In this document: positions 25,218 through 37,600 of the stretch, piece after piece | Numbering within the stretch: the first letter of the stretch is position 1 | Layout of the letters: each line of letters begins with the position of its first letter | From: Macrostomum hystrix | Lineage: Eukaryota > Animalia > Platyhelminthes | Assembly: GCA_950097015.1 (NCBI GenBank) | Contig: CATNEN010000038.1 | Location: 6,448,001-6,512,000, forward strand | Reading direction: 5' to 3' | DNA length: 64,000 nucleotides | The notes under the pieces: model-generated | Seen by the model: the letters and a program-made list of their open reading frames with translations, nothing else | What the model was told of the DNA's origin: nothing | Database searches by the model: none | Made by a program: the position numbers and the translations under genes

Positions 25218-27568
25218 TGCGAGGCCTTTGAGGTTAATTGGCATTGAAATTCGCAGTGCTGAAGCGGCATAGCGATAACCTACTGCTGAAAGGCCATTCA
25301 TACCAGCTACTTATTTGTCATCTTGAGTTAGACAAAGTAAATGAAAACTATTTATAACCCTTAAATATAAGTGTTGGCAACATGCTCTACATTCGTATAG
25401 GGTCAGGAAGTGCGCTCTTTAATTAAGCTTAAGCTTAATTAGAGGTATGTGATATAATAATTAAGTCGAAAGTAAACGGCAGGAGTAACTATACAACAAA
25501 TTGGTTTGCAAAATGCCTCGTTGTCTAATTAGCTTTCTAGTTGCAGAAAATTTATCCATAAATAAATATTTGCAGCTCAACAATAGTGTCTAAATATGCA
25601 GAGACACTGTCACTTATGGCTCAGAGTTGCCACATAATGCCTAAGCCTGTTCATCCAACATAACACATCTGTATGTAACTTTGTCTTTGAGGCATAGCTA
25701 CATTTATCAATACAGTATGGTGAAGAATAATTGGTGAAAAATGTTGTAAAAAAAGATGTAATTTTAGGACCAAAAAACTTGGCAGTTAGCTTTATTAAAA
25801 AATGAACTATACAGAATACAATCTATGAAATGACCCAGTGAAAAAATGGTCTAGTCTGATGCACTTTTAAGAGTTCTCACCAATATAGCTACTTAAAGTA
25901 GTTAGTTGCTACTAGCTATTATTGAGAGAAATAGCTATCTCAACAAAAATTAATCATATGTGCCTTGCACTTATATGCAATAACAAATAATGGACATGCC
26001 CCACTGTAAGATATCCAAAAAGACTAGCTTGAAAATATGAGATAGCAATCAACATTCAAATTTAAGGTAGTCCTCATTTATGAAGCAATATTTGCTACTT
26101 GCAACATTGACATAAACTTGTATTAAATGGTATATGCTTCGCTACATTGGCTTAAGCATATATTCATTTCAGGTCATTGTCATTTTGTCGACTGCCATTT
26201 TGTGAACTGGAGGTTTAGAATGTCATATTCAGATTAAATCAGTGCAATTCTTGTTTAATTGCCATGATACTTTAAATATTAATAGCACAAAAATGTATTG
26301 TGAATTTCAACAATCATATTGCTTCATCAAAAGAATTTAAGAGTTTAACATGCAGGGAATCAAGTAAGGGTGGGTTTGATTTGTCTCTTGTTAATTTAAA
26401 TGTATAATTTACATAGTAAGATTGTAAAACTTTTATCCACTTCAGCCAGTGGCTTTGACAAAATGACTTTGATAAGTTCTGGCCTCTTACTGAAATAGTC
26501 AGAATTAAGATAAACAAACCTATTTTGGTCACATTGTCAACTGCTATTTTGGAACTACAATGGTAGCTTATAGACAACTAATTTGTTGCAATGGCAGTTT
26601 ATAAATTGATCAGCATCCTTATATTTATATCATTCCTAGGCCTAGTGATGTTGACATTGACAGTAGGCAGGTATGTTAGGAAATATCTCATTAAGTGGCT
26701 ACTTTCTTTTTAAAATGTTTGTCTTCCGAATCTAAAATAATGCACAATGTTCTACTTCTACTTTGAATAAGATGCAAAAGAGATCTGCTATAGGGCCTAA
26801 TTGCAATAGCATAAAAACTATACCCCAAATGTTTGCTTTTGTTTCACTGGAAACCATATGAAGTGTTGCTTCATAACATAAGTTTTTACTTTAAATATAC
26901 ATGTGTTATGGTTATTGTTGTTTGACTTTGTGATCATCATCTAAAAGATTGCTAGGCCTAAAGCTTTTGTCAACCTGGTTGACCTTTTGTCAACACAGAC
27001 ATTCATTTCAATTGAAACTCCACAATAATTAACAGGTTCATTTAAAAAGCAAAAAAGAATGATAAATGCAACAAATGAATAATGCAAGGATTATTAATTA
27101 GCACTATGTGTGTAAAACATCTCAATTTAGGATTTAATATTAAAGAAATTTAGGTCCCACAAAGAGGGACAGAAAAGTTTTTAAAGATATGCCTCCCATT
27201 TAGTGTAGATGGAGGAAACAAGTGACACTGACTTACACAAATACTAGATAGCTAGCCACAGGCCCAAAGCAAAACCTGATGAAGCAAATAAAGTCTCTAA
27301 CGTGAATTATAAGCTAATTATGATCATATTTGACATGTGAGAACTGAAAACCATTGTAATCTAATCTGAAAGTTTATCACTATGGTCTTATTTAAAAGTT
27401 TGTTAATAGTTATTTAAAAGTCTCTATCCTGACTTGAAACTACAAGTTAGATAAAAAAATTTTACTTGTATTTCTATAGTGTAAATATAGGTTGTTCAGT
27501 TGTTGACTTGTTGTACTTGTAGTGACATTATAAGATATTTGATATTAGCGTGATCTTGCGGACGGACT

Positions 27569-27815
27569 CTATACACTCAGAAGCCAATGTTTATATGTAT
27601 TTATATTTTTGTCGAATATGATCACCGGAGCTCCTTCATCACAGTTCAGTGTATCAAGCACGCTGCTTTTGGCCTCGTCAGCTGTTTTAATGCTGACTCG
27701 ACATGAAATATAAATTTCCTGGGAAAAATGAAATTAAAAAATGTTCGATTTAACAAAACGAGCTAATTACGATTTCAATAAAAATTAGAAAGAATCGCGA
27801 TAAAACAATCACCAT
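27569..27815 (-). CDS. Candidate spliced 50-aa micro-ORF/uORF (ATG exon 27815-27813; exon 27718-27569)
   Basis: ATG|gtgatt donor, a 94-nt intron and a tttttcccag| acceptor, followed by 49 open codons to TAG. Confidence 0.3.
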
Positions 27816-28913
27816 TCTGTCTCTGACTTGTATCGAAAAACTGTTTTTTACATACTGATTGTAGAAAACAAAAAATTAGAAATAAAAGCTTGTATTTTAT
27901 TAAAGTTTCATTTTTTTAACTGCAAGTTAAAATAGCTAAAGTTGGGTGACCTGATATTCGGTTCTCGTAAATTTATACCTGCTTAGCACGATCGCATCAA
28001 ATTTATTTTAAATCGAACACCGACAGCACAGTATATATCGTCTTATAATTTAAACAAGCAACACGTAAAATACTTTGTCAGTACGGCTTGTATCATAGGG
28101 TTGTAGTCTAGAATTGTTGAAGCGCATGTAATTCAGTCAATTAACCAGAATGTTCAGTAAATTCGCTGAACTGCCTTATAGACGGCCTTCAGATGCGCCG
28201 CGCAATAGCTAAGGCTGGCATTTGATCAGCTATACATGTGTAGTCGATGTTGTCTTTTTAAATTGTTACTATATTATTAATTGAATATGAGTCAATCAGA
28301 GATTCAAGGATTTTGATTCAACTACGAGATGCAATTTTCTGTATAGTAAGGCATAGACAAAGGTCCGATCAGTTTGATCCGCTCGTATGATACAATGATT
28401 CATAGAGATGAAGTCGCAATCAAACTGGGCTAAAAATCTTTTAGAACTACTCCTATTTGTATAGCAGCCGTATTATAGCCCCATGCAGCCATTTTTATTT
28501 TAGAAAGCACTGAATCGTTCTCTATCTGGTTGAATTGTATCGAGATGGGAGCGCATCTACCGTACTGCAGCTGCAGTGTCCTTTCATATGCCAAGATGCA
28601 GTGTTTTAAAGGTGCATTTTATATTATTGGGACTCCATTAATTAAGATAATCAAATGTGTGCAAAACGACCGAACAAAAAGTTTCTTTCATTTAGGAAAC
28701 AAAATAAGCGAGATCGAAAAATGTTTATTTGGACACTATTAGATACTCAACTGTTATGTATGCATTTTAATGCGTGTCTGCAACCCTGCAAACGACTGTT
28801 ATTCAGATTGCAAAAAAGACAACTGTATGCTAGCACATTTGCTTTTATATTGTAGGCGTTTCGTAATCTCATCAAACCTGTATTCGAGCTACTCGAGGAT
28901 TACGAGGATAACT

Positions 28914-29182
28914 CTCAGTCACTCCGTAACTCAGTCACTCCGTAGCTAAGTCACTCCGTAGCTCAGTCACTCCGTAACTCAGCCACTCCGTAACTCAGTC
29001 ACTCCGTAGCTCAGTCACTCCGTAACTCAGCCACTCCGTAACTCAGTCACTCCGTAGCTCAGTCACTCCGTAACTCAGTCACTCCGTAACTCAGTCACCG
29101 TAACTCAGTCACTCCGTAGCTCAGTCACTCCGTAACTCAGTCACTCCGTAGCTCAGTCACTCCGTAACTCAGTCACTCCGTA
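28914..29182. repeat. 16-bp minisatellite (ctcagtcactccgtaR)n
   Basis: Tandem units read directly. Confidence 0.95.
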
Positions 29183-29949
29183 TAACTTATCAGCTGTGGA
29201 AGCAGCCAAAATGACTAATCTGAGAGTCCTCTACTCAGAGACTGCTGAGCTGGTTGAGTCCGAGCAGTTGTCTAGCTGACAAAGCGCCATCAGCTGACAG
29301 CCAACCCTGCACTCGCAGCTGCTGCAAGGATCTGCAGATGCCACCAGACGGTGTTCGCCACAGCGCAGCTGCTGTGCCGGTAATAAAGCGAACGTGTAAC
29401 TGGCTCAGCGGCTTCGCCCGTCGAACATCGAGCTCCGACCCGCTGCAGCTGCAGTTCAGTAGGATGACGTTTGCATCGTCGTAGTCAGCCGAAGCCGACG
29501 GCAGCAGATGCGACAGAAAAATCTCGCATACTTTGCGATCTCCTTGCTGCACACAACGCTGCTGAAGTCTTTGCCGAGTTCTGGAATGCTGCCCCGCTCC
29601 GCGGCGTCTGAGAGCATCAGATTTGAGCTACTATGAGAACTTGGCCGATCAAGACCAGTACGAGTACACGACTCGCTCCGAATGACGTAATTAACATCAC
29701 GTGACACTGACAGGCGGCCCCGTGCTGTACGAGAACACGAGATCATGGTTCACTAGAGATGATTTCCAAGTCATGGTAGCTAATTTGATGCCCCAGGACC
29801 TAGATTCTGACTGGCTGGCTTCTGATTGGTTGGAGGGCATGAGACTTGAGATGCGTCTGGAAGTTTTACTGTAAAAGATACCAAACTTTAAGAATGAAGA
29901 ACTGCGCAGTTTTCAGGACGCCTTGGAGAGCGTTTAGAGGCCGAAATAC

Positions 29950-30585
29950 ACACAGCTAACACACTTCAGCTAACACACTTCAGCTAACACACTTCAGCTA
30001 ACACACTTCAGCTAACACACTTCAGCTAACACACTTCAGCTAACACACTTCAGCTAACACACTTCAGCTAACACACTTCAGCTAACACACTTCAGCTAAC
30101 ACACTTCAGCTAACACACTTCAGCTAACACACTTCAGCTAACACACTTCAGCTAACACACTTCAGCTAACACACTTCAGCTAACACACTTCAGCTAACAC
30201 ACTTCAGCTAACACACTTCAGCTAACACACTTCAGCTAACACACTTCAGCTAACACACTTCAGCTAACACACTTCAGCTAACACACTTCAGCTAACACAC
30301 TTCAGCTAACACACTTCAGCTAACACACTTCAGCTAACACACTTCAGCTAACACACTTCAGCTAACACACTTCAGCTAACACACTTCAGCTAACACACTT
30401 CAGCTAACACACTTCAGCTAACACACTTCAGCTAACACACTTCAGCTAACACACTTCAGCTAACACACTTCAGCTAACACACTTCAGCTAACACACTTCA
30501 GCTAACACACTTCAGCTAACACACTTCAGCTAACACACTTCAGCTAACACACTTCAGCTAACACACTTCAGCTAACACACTTCAC
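29950..30585. repeat. Perfect 14-bp satellite (cagctaacacactt)n
   Basis: About 45 identical units. Confidence 0.97.
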
Positions 30586-30839
30586 ATATCAACCTTCTGT
30601 TAAATTGAAAAGTGTGCAACGTACAAGTTTTACGAACGGAATAACCATTTAAAATTCAAATCCCTATTGTGTGAATCCCAACACAAGAAAAATAAACAAT
30701 ATAAAATAACAAAAACAAAACAACTTAGTTGACAAATGTTTTTAGATTGTAGCATGAAAAGCAACTAACAGTTATATTGCTATCATTGTTATATCGATCT
30801 GGCTATAAAGCAGAGTAAAATCGATCAACAAAGAGAAGC

Positions 30840-31406
30840 ATTCGACGAATTATCAAATGGAATTCAACGAATTGTCAAATGGAATTCGACGAATCATCAA
30901 ATGGAATTCGACGAATCATCAAATGGAATTCGACGAATCCTCAAATGGAATTCGACGAATCATCAAATGGAATTCGACGAATCCTCAAATGGAATTCAAC
31001 GAATTGTCAAATGGAATTCGACGAATCATCAAATGGAATTCGACGAATCATCAAATGGAATTCGACGAATCATCAAATGGAATTCGACGAATCCTCAAAT
31101 GGAATTCGACGAATCATCAAATGGAATTCGACGAATCATCAAATGGAATTCGACGAATCCTCAAATGGAATTCGACGAATCATCAAATAGAATTCGACGA
31201 ATCATCAAATGGAATTCGACGAATCCTCAAATGGAATTCGACGAATCATCAAATAGAATTCGACGAATCATCAAATGGAATTCGACGAATCATCAAATGG
31301 AATTCGACGAACCCTAAAATGGAATTCGACGAATCATCAAATGGAATTCGACGAATCATCAAATGGAATTCGACGAATCATCAAATGGAATTCGACGAAT
31401 CATCAA
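30840..31406. repeat. 22-bp minisatellite (atcaaatggaattcgacgaatc)n
   Basis: About 25 units, each with a GAATTC palindrome. Confidence 0.95.
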
Positions 31407-31959
31407 AGGCTTACAGAAATAAATTTGCATTGAAAAAACAAGTAAAAAAACAATTATGTAAATTAATATAAAATGAGAAAATTGACTAGATAAAGTCAAG
31501 CATTAATCGTCAAAAAAAAAGTCAAGACTATTTAGAGAACAAACACAACACCTGAAAACACAAAAAAGTTGGAATGCAAATTAATATCAAAGCAAATTTT
31601 GAACCGCTTAGAATCTTAGATGAAGCTTTGGCTAAGCATTGGATAAATTGTTCACACAAGCTCTGGTACACTTTGATTAGCAATATTTGTCTTAACTACT
31701 ATATAGCGAAATCAGATAGCATCAGGTACTTTAGGTAATCAGAAACCAGGTGAATATGATTGAAAAGAAGCAATCGACTAACTATTGTGAGGTGCCAACT
31801 AAGAGCATGACCAAGAAACAATAAGTTGATGCTGGAATTAGCAGTTGTTTCAAACACACTTTTTGTAAAAAAAATTTTTAAGTAAATCAAAGAGTGTTGA
31901 GAAAACTTACAAGTAAAAGTATCTTTATGTTTAGATAAACTTAGATGGACAACCAGGTT

Positions 31960-33205
31960 TAGGAAAATCTTCGGATTTTTAGGAAATCTTTAGGGTTTAG
32001 GGAACCGTCAGGGCTTAGGGAAGCCTTCAGGGTTTATGAAATCTTCAGGGTTTATAAATCTTCAGGGTTTATGAAATCTTCAGGGTTGATAAATCTTCAG
32101 GGTTTATAAGTCTCCTGGGTTTATAAATCTTCAGGATTTATTAAATCTTCAGGGTTTATAAATCTTCAGCGTTTATAAATCTTCAGGGTTTATTAAATCT
32201 TCAGGGTTTATAAATCTTCAGGGCTTAGGAAATCTTCAGGGTTTATAAATCTTCAGGGTTTAGGAAATCTTCAGGGTTAAAAATCGTCAGGGTTTATAAA
32301 TCTTCAGGGTTTATAAATCTTCAGGGTTTATAAATCTTCAGGGTTTATAAATCTTCAGGGTTTATAAATCTTCAGGGTTTATAAATCTTCAGGGTTTATA
32401 AATCTTCAGGGTTTATAAATCTTCAGGGTTTATAAATCTTCAGGGTTTATAAATCTTCAGGGTTTATAAATCTTCAGGGTTTATAAGTCTCCTGGGTTTA
32501 TAAATCTTCAGGGTTTATAAATCTTCAGGGCTTAGGAAATCTTCAGGGTTTATAAATCTTCAGGGTTTAGGAAATCTTCAGGGTTAAAAATCGTCAGGGT
32601 TTATAAATCTTCAGGGTTTATAAATCTTCAGGGCATAGGAAATCTTCAGGGTTTATAAATCTTCAGGGTTTAGGAAATCTTCAGGGTTAAAAATCGTCAG
32701 GGTTTATAAATCTTCAGGGTTTATAAATCTTCAGGGTTTATAAATCTTCAGGGTTTATAAATCTTCAGGGTTTTTAAATCTTCAGGGTTTATAAATCTTC
32801 AGGGTTTATAAGTCTCCTGGGTTTATAAATCTTCAGGGTTTATAAATCTTCAGGGCTTAGGAAATCTTCAGGGTTTATAAATCTTCAGGGTTTAGGAAAT
32901 CTTCAGGGTTAAAAATCGTCAGGGTTTATAAATCTTCAGGGTTTATAAATCTTCAGGGTTTATAAATCTTCAGGGCTTAGGAAATCTTCAGGGTTTATAA
33001 ATCTTCAGGGTTTAGGAAATCTTCAGGGTTAAAAATCGTCAGGGTTTATAAATCTTCAGTGTTTATAAATCTTCAGGGTTTATAAATCTTCAGGGTTTAT
33101 AAATCTTCAGGGTTTATAAATCTTCAGGGTTTTTAAATCTTCAGGGTTTTTAAATCTTCAAGGTTTATAAATCTTCAGGGTTTATAAATCTTCAGGGTTT
33201 TTAAT
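31960..33205. repeat. 17-bp minisatellite (gggtttataaatcttca)n
   Basis: About 70 units with recurring variant blocks (higher-order structure). Confidence 0.95.
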
Positions 33206-34214
33206 TCTTTCGGTTTCAGGAGAAAATCAGGATTTAATAAATTGGTAATTATGTTTGCACATGCGCGCGTCGCTTTTGAAAAGCCAAGGCAAAAGCAAAG
33301 ATTGTCTTCACGTTTTTTTATAAGAAGCAAACTGTAAGAGCTGCTGCAGCAGCTCAGAAAGCAGAAACAAGCGGCGTGTAAACATTAGATAAATACGAAT
33401 TGTGTAACAATACTAGTGCAAGTATTGGGTGTACGCTCAGACAAGCCGACAACCTTTTAAATGAAATCTCACATTAGGAAAACATTCAGGGTGGAAAAAA
33501 TTCAGGCAGGTATTCAGTATTTAGTAGTATCAGCATTCAGATTGAAATCGGCACATCACCCATCTATTGCTGTCGTCATGTTACTGCTAGACAACTTTAA
33601 AAGCGAGAAACTTTTTAGACCAAAAATGCAAAACAGAGAGGAAAAAATGAAAAAGAAGTACAGCTGGTCAAGAAATTAACTAAAAACTGTAAAAAATCGT
33701 TCTCGATGCGCTATAAGCACTCGAAACCCGGCCATGAGATTGAATAGCGAAATGAATGAACAAGCAGGTGCATTCGAGTCGAAAGCGAAACATTATAATC
33801 CGATGTCCGTGGTGATGCAGTGGTGGGATTATCGACAAGTAAGAATCTGTTTTAACTCCTTACTTATGACAGATTAAAAATATTCAGCAGAGTAAAATAA
33901 TAATACTAAAAGCTGTCTAAACTAAGGAAGTTTTCTGGTGACACGCTATGGATAATTGATATGTGTGTACAAACACTGAACTAAATACAGAACACATTGG
34001 ATTGATTGGCACATCGAGCACAACGGATTAGACTAAAACATCCTGCTTCACATAGGAATACATTAGGTAAACACGTATTAATGTTGAAAATCAACACAAT
34101 TGGGATCTTCAGGAATCAGGGTGGAAATCTTCAGGGTGGAAATCTTCAAGATAACAATCTTCAGAATGGAAATCATTAGCTTTTAAAGTATTTTAAAGAC
34201 ATCAAAGAACCCAG

Positions 34215-34595
34215 TTACGTGAAGATTTGCACTCCAGCATCAGTCTCAGATGCAACTCCAGCCTCCGCGGCAGCCTGCAGCTCCTGCTGAAGCTGCTGAC
34301 GTCCTCGCTGCTTCAGTTCGACTAGTCGTTGGCGCTGAAGCTGGCGCTGCGAATCAACCGCTGTCTTTGCCGCTCTGACTGCTTTGAAGGGCTTGACAGA
34401 TTTGATAGGTTTGTTGACAGGCTTCGCCTGGCAGTGTAGGTTGAAGGTTCAATTGTTTGAAATCTTCTATAAAGTAAATTATTGAAAGAAGATATGTATA
34501 GGAAGACAGCGATTGAAAGGGAAGAAATTGATTGGAAAAGAGAAGGAAGGAAGGAAGGAAGGAGAATGTTGAGACAGACCAACCTCAGTTCCAGA

Positions 34596-34659
<64 letters not shown>

Positions 34660-37600
34660 GCCTGGCTTTCAGAGGGCGGCAGCTGGAACTGGCAGTCACG
34701 GATCTGCTTGCAGGTTGTCAGCAGGCGGCCGATGTCCTCCAGCTGCAGGCAGCAGATGGCCCAGAAGCCGTTGAGGTCGCAGAACTGAGTGACGCCGTTG
34801 GCCAGGTTGTCCTCGCAGAGGCCGCGGAACTGGGCCAGCTTCTCAGTTAGCAGCAGGCGAGCTTTGCCAACCGACACGCGGAATATGCCAGACACTGGCC
34901 GGGAGGGAGGACGGGAGAACGCTTAGTCGGGTTCTACGTCGGCCAATGGACTCTATTTTTCTTAAATCCTTAGTCATTTAAGAAGGCTCTTGCAAATGAT
35001 TCGTCATAAAATCTCACCAGAGATCATCTAGTCTCCCCTTTGACCTTCACCAGCATTATCTAATTTCAACCTGCAGAATCTTATCAAACTCTCAGTTTTC
35101 TAGTCTCACCCTCAGTGATCTAGTCTCACCCTCAGTGATCTAGTCTCACCCTCAGTGATCTAGTCTCACCCTCAGTGATCTAGTCTCACCCTCAGTGATC
35201 TAGTCTCACCCTCAGTGATCTAGTCTCACCCTCACTAACCGGATCCACCCTCACCCTGACCTGATGCAGTGGACATCAGATTACTCAATAAATCCCCTAA
35301 CGCACCATCCTCGGACAAGCGCAGAGAGTCGTCGGCCAGGCAGGCTTCAATCCAGTCCATCTCGGCTCGGATCCGCTGCTCCTCGCGGTCGGCCAGCAGC
35401 TGGAAGTACCGACCGGCGCTGGAGGCGCTGTGCTCGCCGCCAACGGCCGAGGCTGAGGCGATGGCGGAATGGGACGAGGAGGACGGCTCCAGGCAGAGGG
35501 ATCGGGTCATGCCAGCAGCCAGCACCTGGGCGCTGCGCTGAGCTGCGCTGATCATGATCAAGGACGATCTCTCGCGCGGTCCCGGCTCTGTTGGCGAAGT
35601 GGCCGCGGCTGCCGCGGCTGATCTAGCTGCGATAGCGGACTTCAATGTGCGAACCGTCTCAGCACTGGCATCGGAGCGGCTTCTGGCCTGCAAAGGGGTA
35701 TTGGGCGGAGTATTTATTCACCGTCCGGTGAAAGTTAGACTTCCATTCTAGTCTTTTCATTCTAGTGGAAGTTATCGACAATCTTCCCATCACTGTGTAA
35801 GCTATGGGATGATCCTCCGAGTCAAGTGAAAGCTATGGGATGATCCTCCGAGTCAAGTGAAAATCAGGGATAATCTTCCCAGTCTAGTGAAAACCAGGGA
35901 TAATCTTCCTAGTCTAGTGAAAATCAGGGATAATCTTCCTATTCTAGTGAAAGTCAGGGATAATCTTCCCAGTCTAGTGAAAACCAGGGATAATCTTCCT
36001 AGTCTAGTGAAAATCAGGGATAATCTTCCTATTCTAGTGAAAGTCAGGGATAATCTTCCCAGTCAAGTGAAAATCAGGGATAATCTTCCTAGTCTAGTGA
36101 AAATCAGGGATAATCTTCCCAGTCAAGTGAAAACCAGGGATAATCTTTCCAGTCTAGTGAAAACCAGGGATAATCTTCCTAGTCTAGTGAAAATCAGGGA
36201 TAATCTTCCTAGTCTAGTGAAAATCAGGGATAATCTTTCCAGTCTAGTGAAAACCAGGGATAATCTTCCTAGTCTAGTGAAAATCAGGGATAATCTTTCC
36301 AGTCTAGTGAAAACCAGGGATAATCCTCCTATTCTAGTGAAAGTCAGGGATAATCTTTCCAGTCTAGTGAAAACCAGGGATAATCCTCCTATTCTAGTGA
36401 AAGTCAGGGATAATCTTTCCAGTCTAGTGAAAACCAGGGATAATCCTCCTATTCTAGTGAAAGTCAGGGATAATCTTTCCAGTCTAGTGAAAACCAGGGA
36501 TAATCCTCCTATTCTAGTGAAAGTCAGGGATAATCTTCCCAGTCTAGTGAAAACCAGGGATAATCTTCCCAGTCTAGTGAAAATCAGGGATAATCTTCCC
36601 AGTCAAGTGAAAATCAGGGATAATCTGCCCAGTCTCGTGAAAATCAGGGATAATCCTCCCAGTCAAGTGAAAGTGAGGGATAATCTTCTGACACGAATCA
36701 AATTTCGGGAATAAAATTCCCATCGCTGTGAAAATTTAGGGATAATTTTCCGACTCGAGTCAAATTTCGGGAATAAAATACCCATCGCTGTGAAAATTTA
36801 GGGATAATTTTCCCAGTCGAGTGACCGTCTATGGATATTTTCCCCGGCCATTTAGAAGTCGTGAATCAAACCTTTCTAGCAGCCAAAGATCGTCTCTGTC
36901 CGCTGAGTTTCCCGCCAGGTGCTCCCGCGCCGCCCCTCAGTGTCACAGAATGATCAGCGTCGTCAGGAGTCACCCCGGCCAACTGCTGACTATTTGGGGC
37001 AGCCGTGCCGAACTCCTTGCCGATAGGAGAGCTGGCCGCGACTGTTCAAACAAAAATAACAGCAAAAATTGGCCTCATTGTGGATAGACAGGTAGGTAAT
37101 ATTCCATTCAGGCGGTAGAAATCCAACCTGGTTTCAGCTCCTCAATAGATTGCGAATCGCCAGCAGCATCAGCAGAAGGCCTCAATGGCAAAGTGCTGAT
37201 TGTCTCCGGCGGATGTGAGGCAGGCTCTGCGCAGGCGGCTGCAACGGATCCGGAGGCTAGACGATTTGGAAGACTCTCAGCGAAGGTCACCGCGTAGGAG
37301 TGTGCCGGGGCGCGGACAAGGCGACAGGCGCCGCCGCCGAATTCTGGATTCTCCTGGGTTACCCCAGCCGCAGTTACTATAGCAACCAAGTCAAACAAAG
37401 AGGTAAATAGTTACGAGAACACTTAACAGTGAGGTAGATTGCGAGAGGTAGATTGTAAGGTAGACGGTGAGAGGTTGATTGTGAGAGCTAGGTTTTGAGA
37501 TGGTGGATCGATGCAGCACGAATGCAAACTGTGTTAAATATGAAAGGGCAGCTCACCTTGGCTTGAGCAGTCTTGAGTCTGCGGCGGCAGCTGCTGCATT

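Noticed and set aside
29235-29746. Overlapping 76-105-aa ORFs in a GC-rich block
   Set aside because: There is no recognisable domain, no consistent frame and no convincing splice structure, so it is not called as a CDS.
30840-31471. Repetitive ORFs and a resemblance to human satellite II
   Set aside because: The ORFs arise from the 22-bp array. The similarity is limited to short AATGGAAT words and is likely coincidental.
31960-33205. Interstitial telomere
   Set aside because: The unit is 17 bp with only a single TTCAGGG-like word and no tandem TTAGGG.
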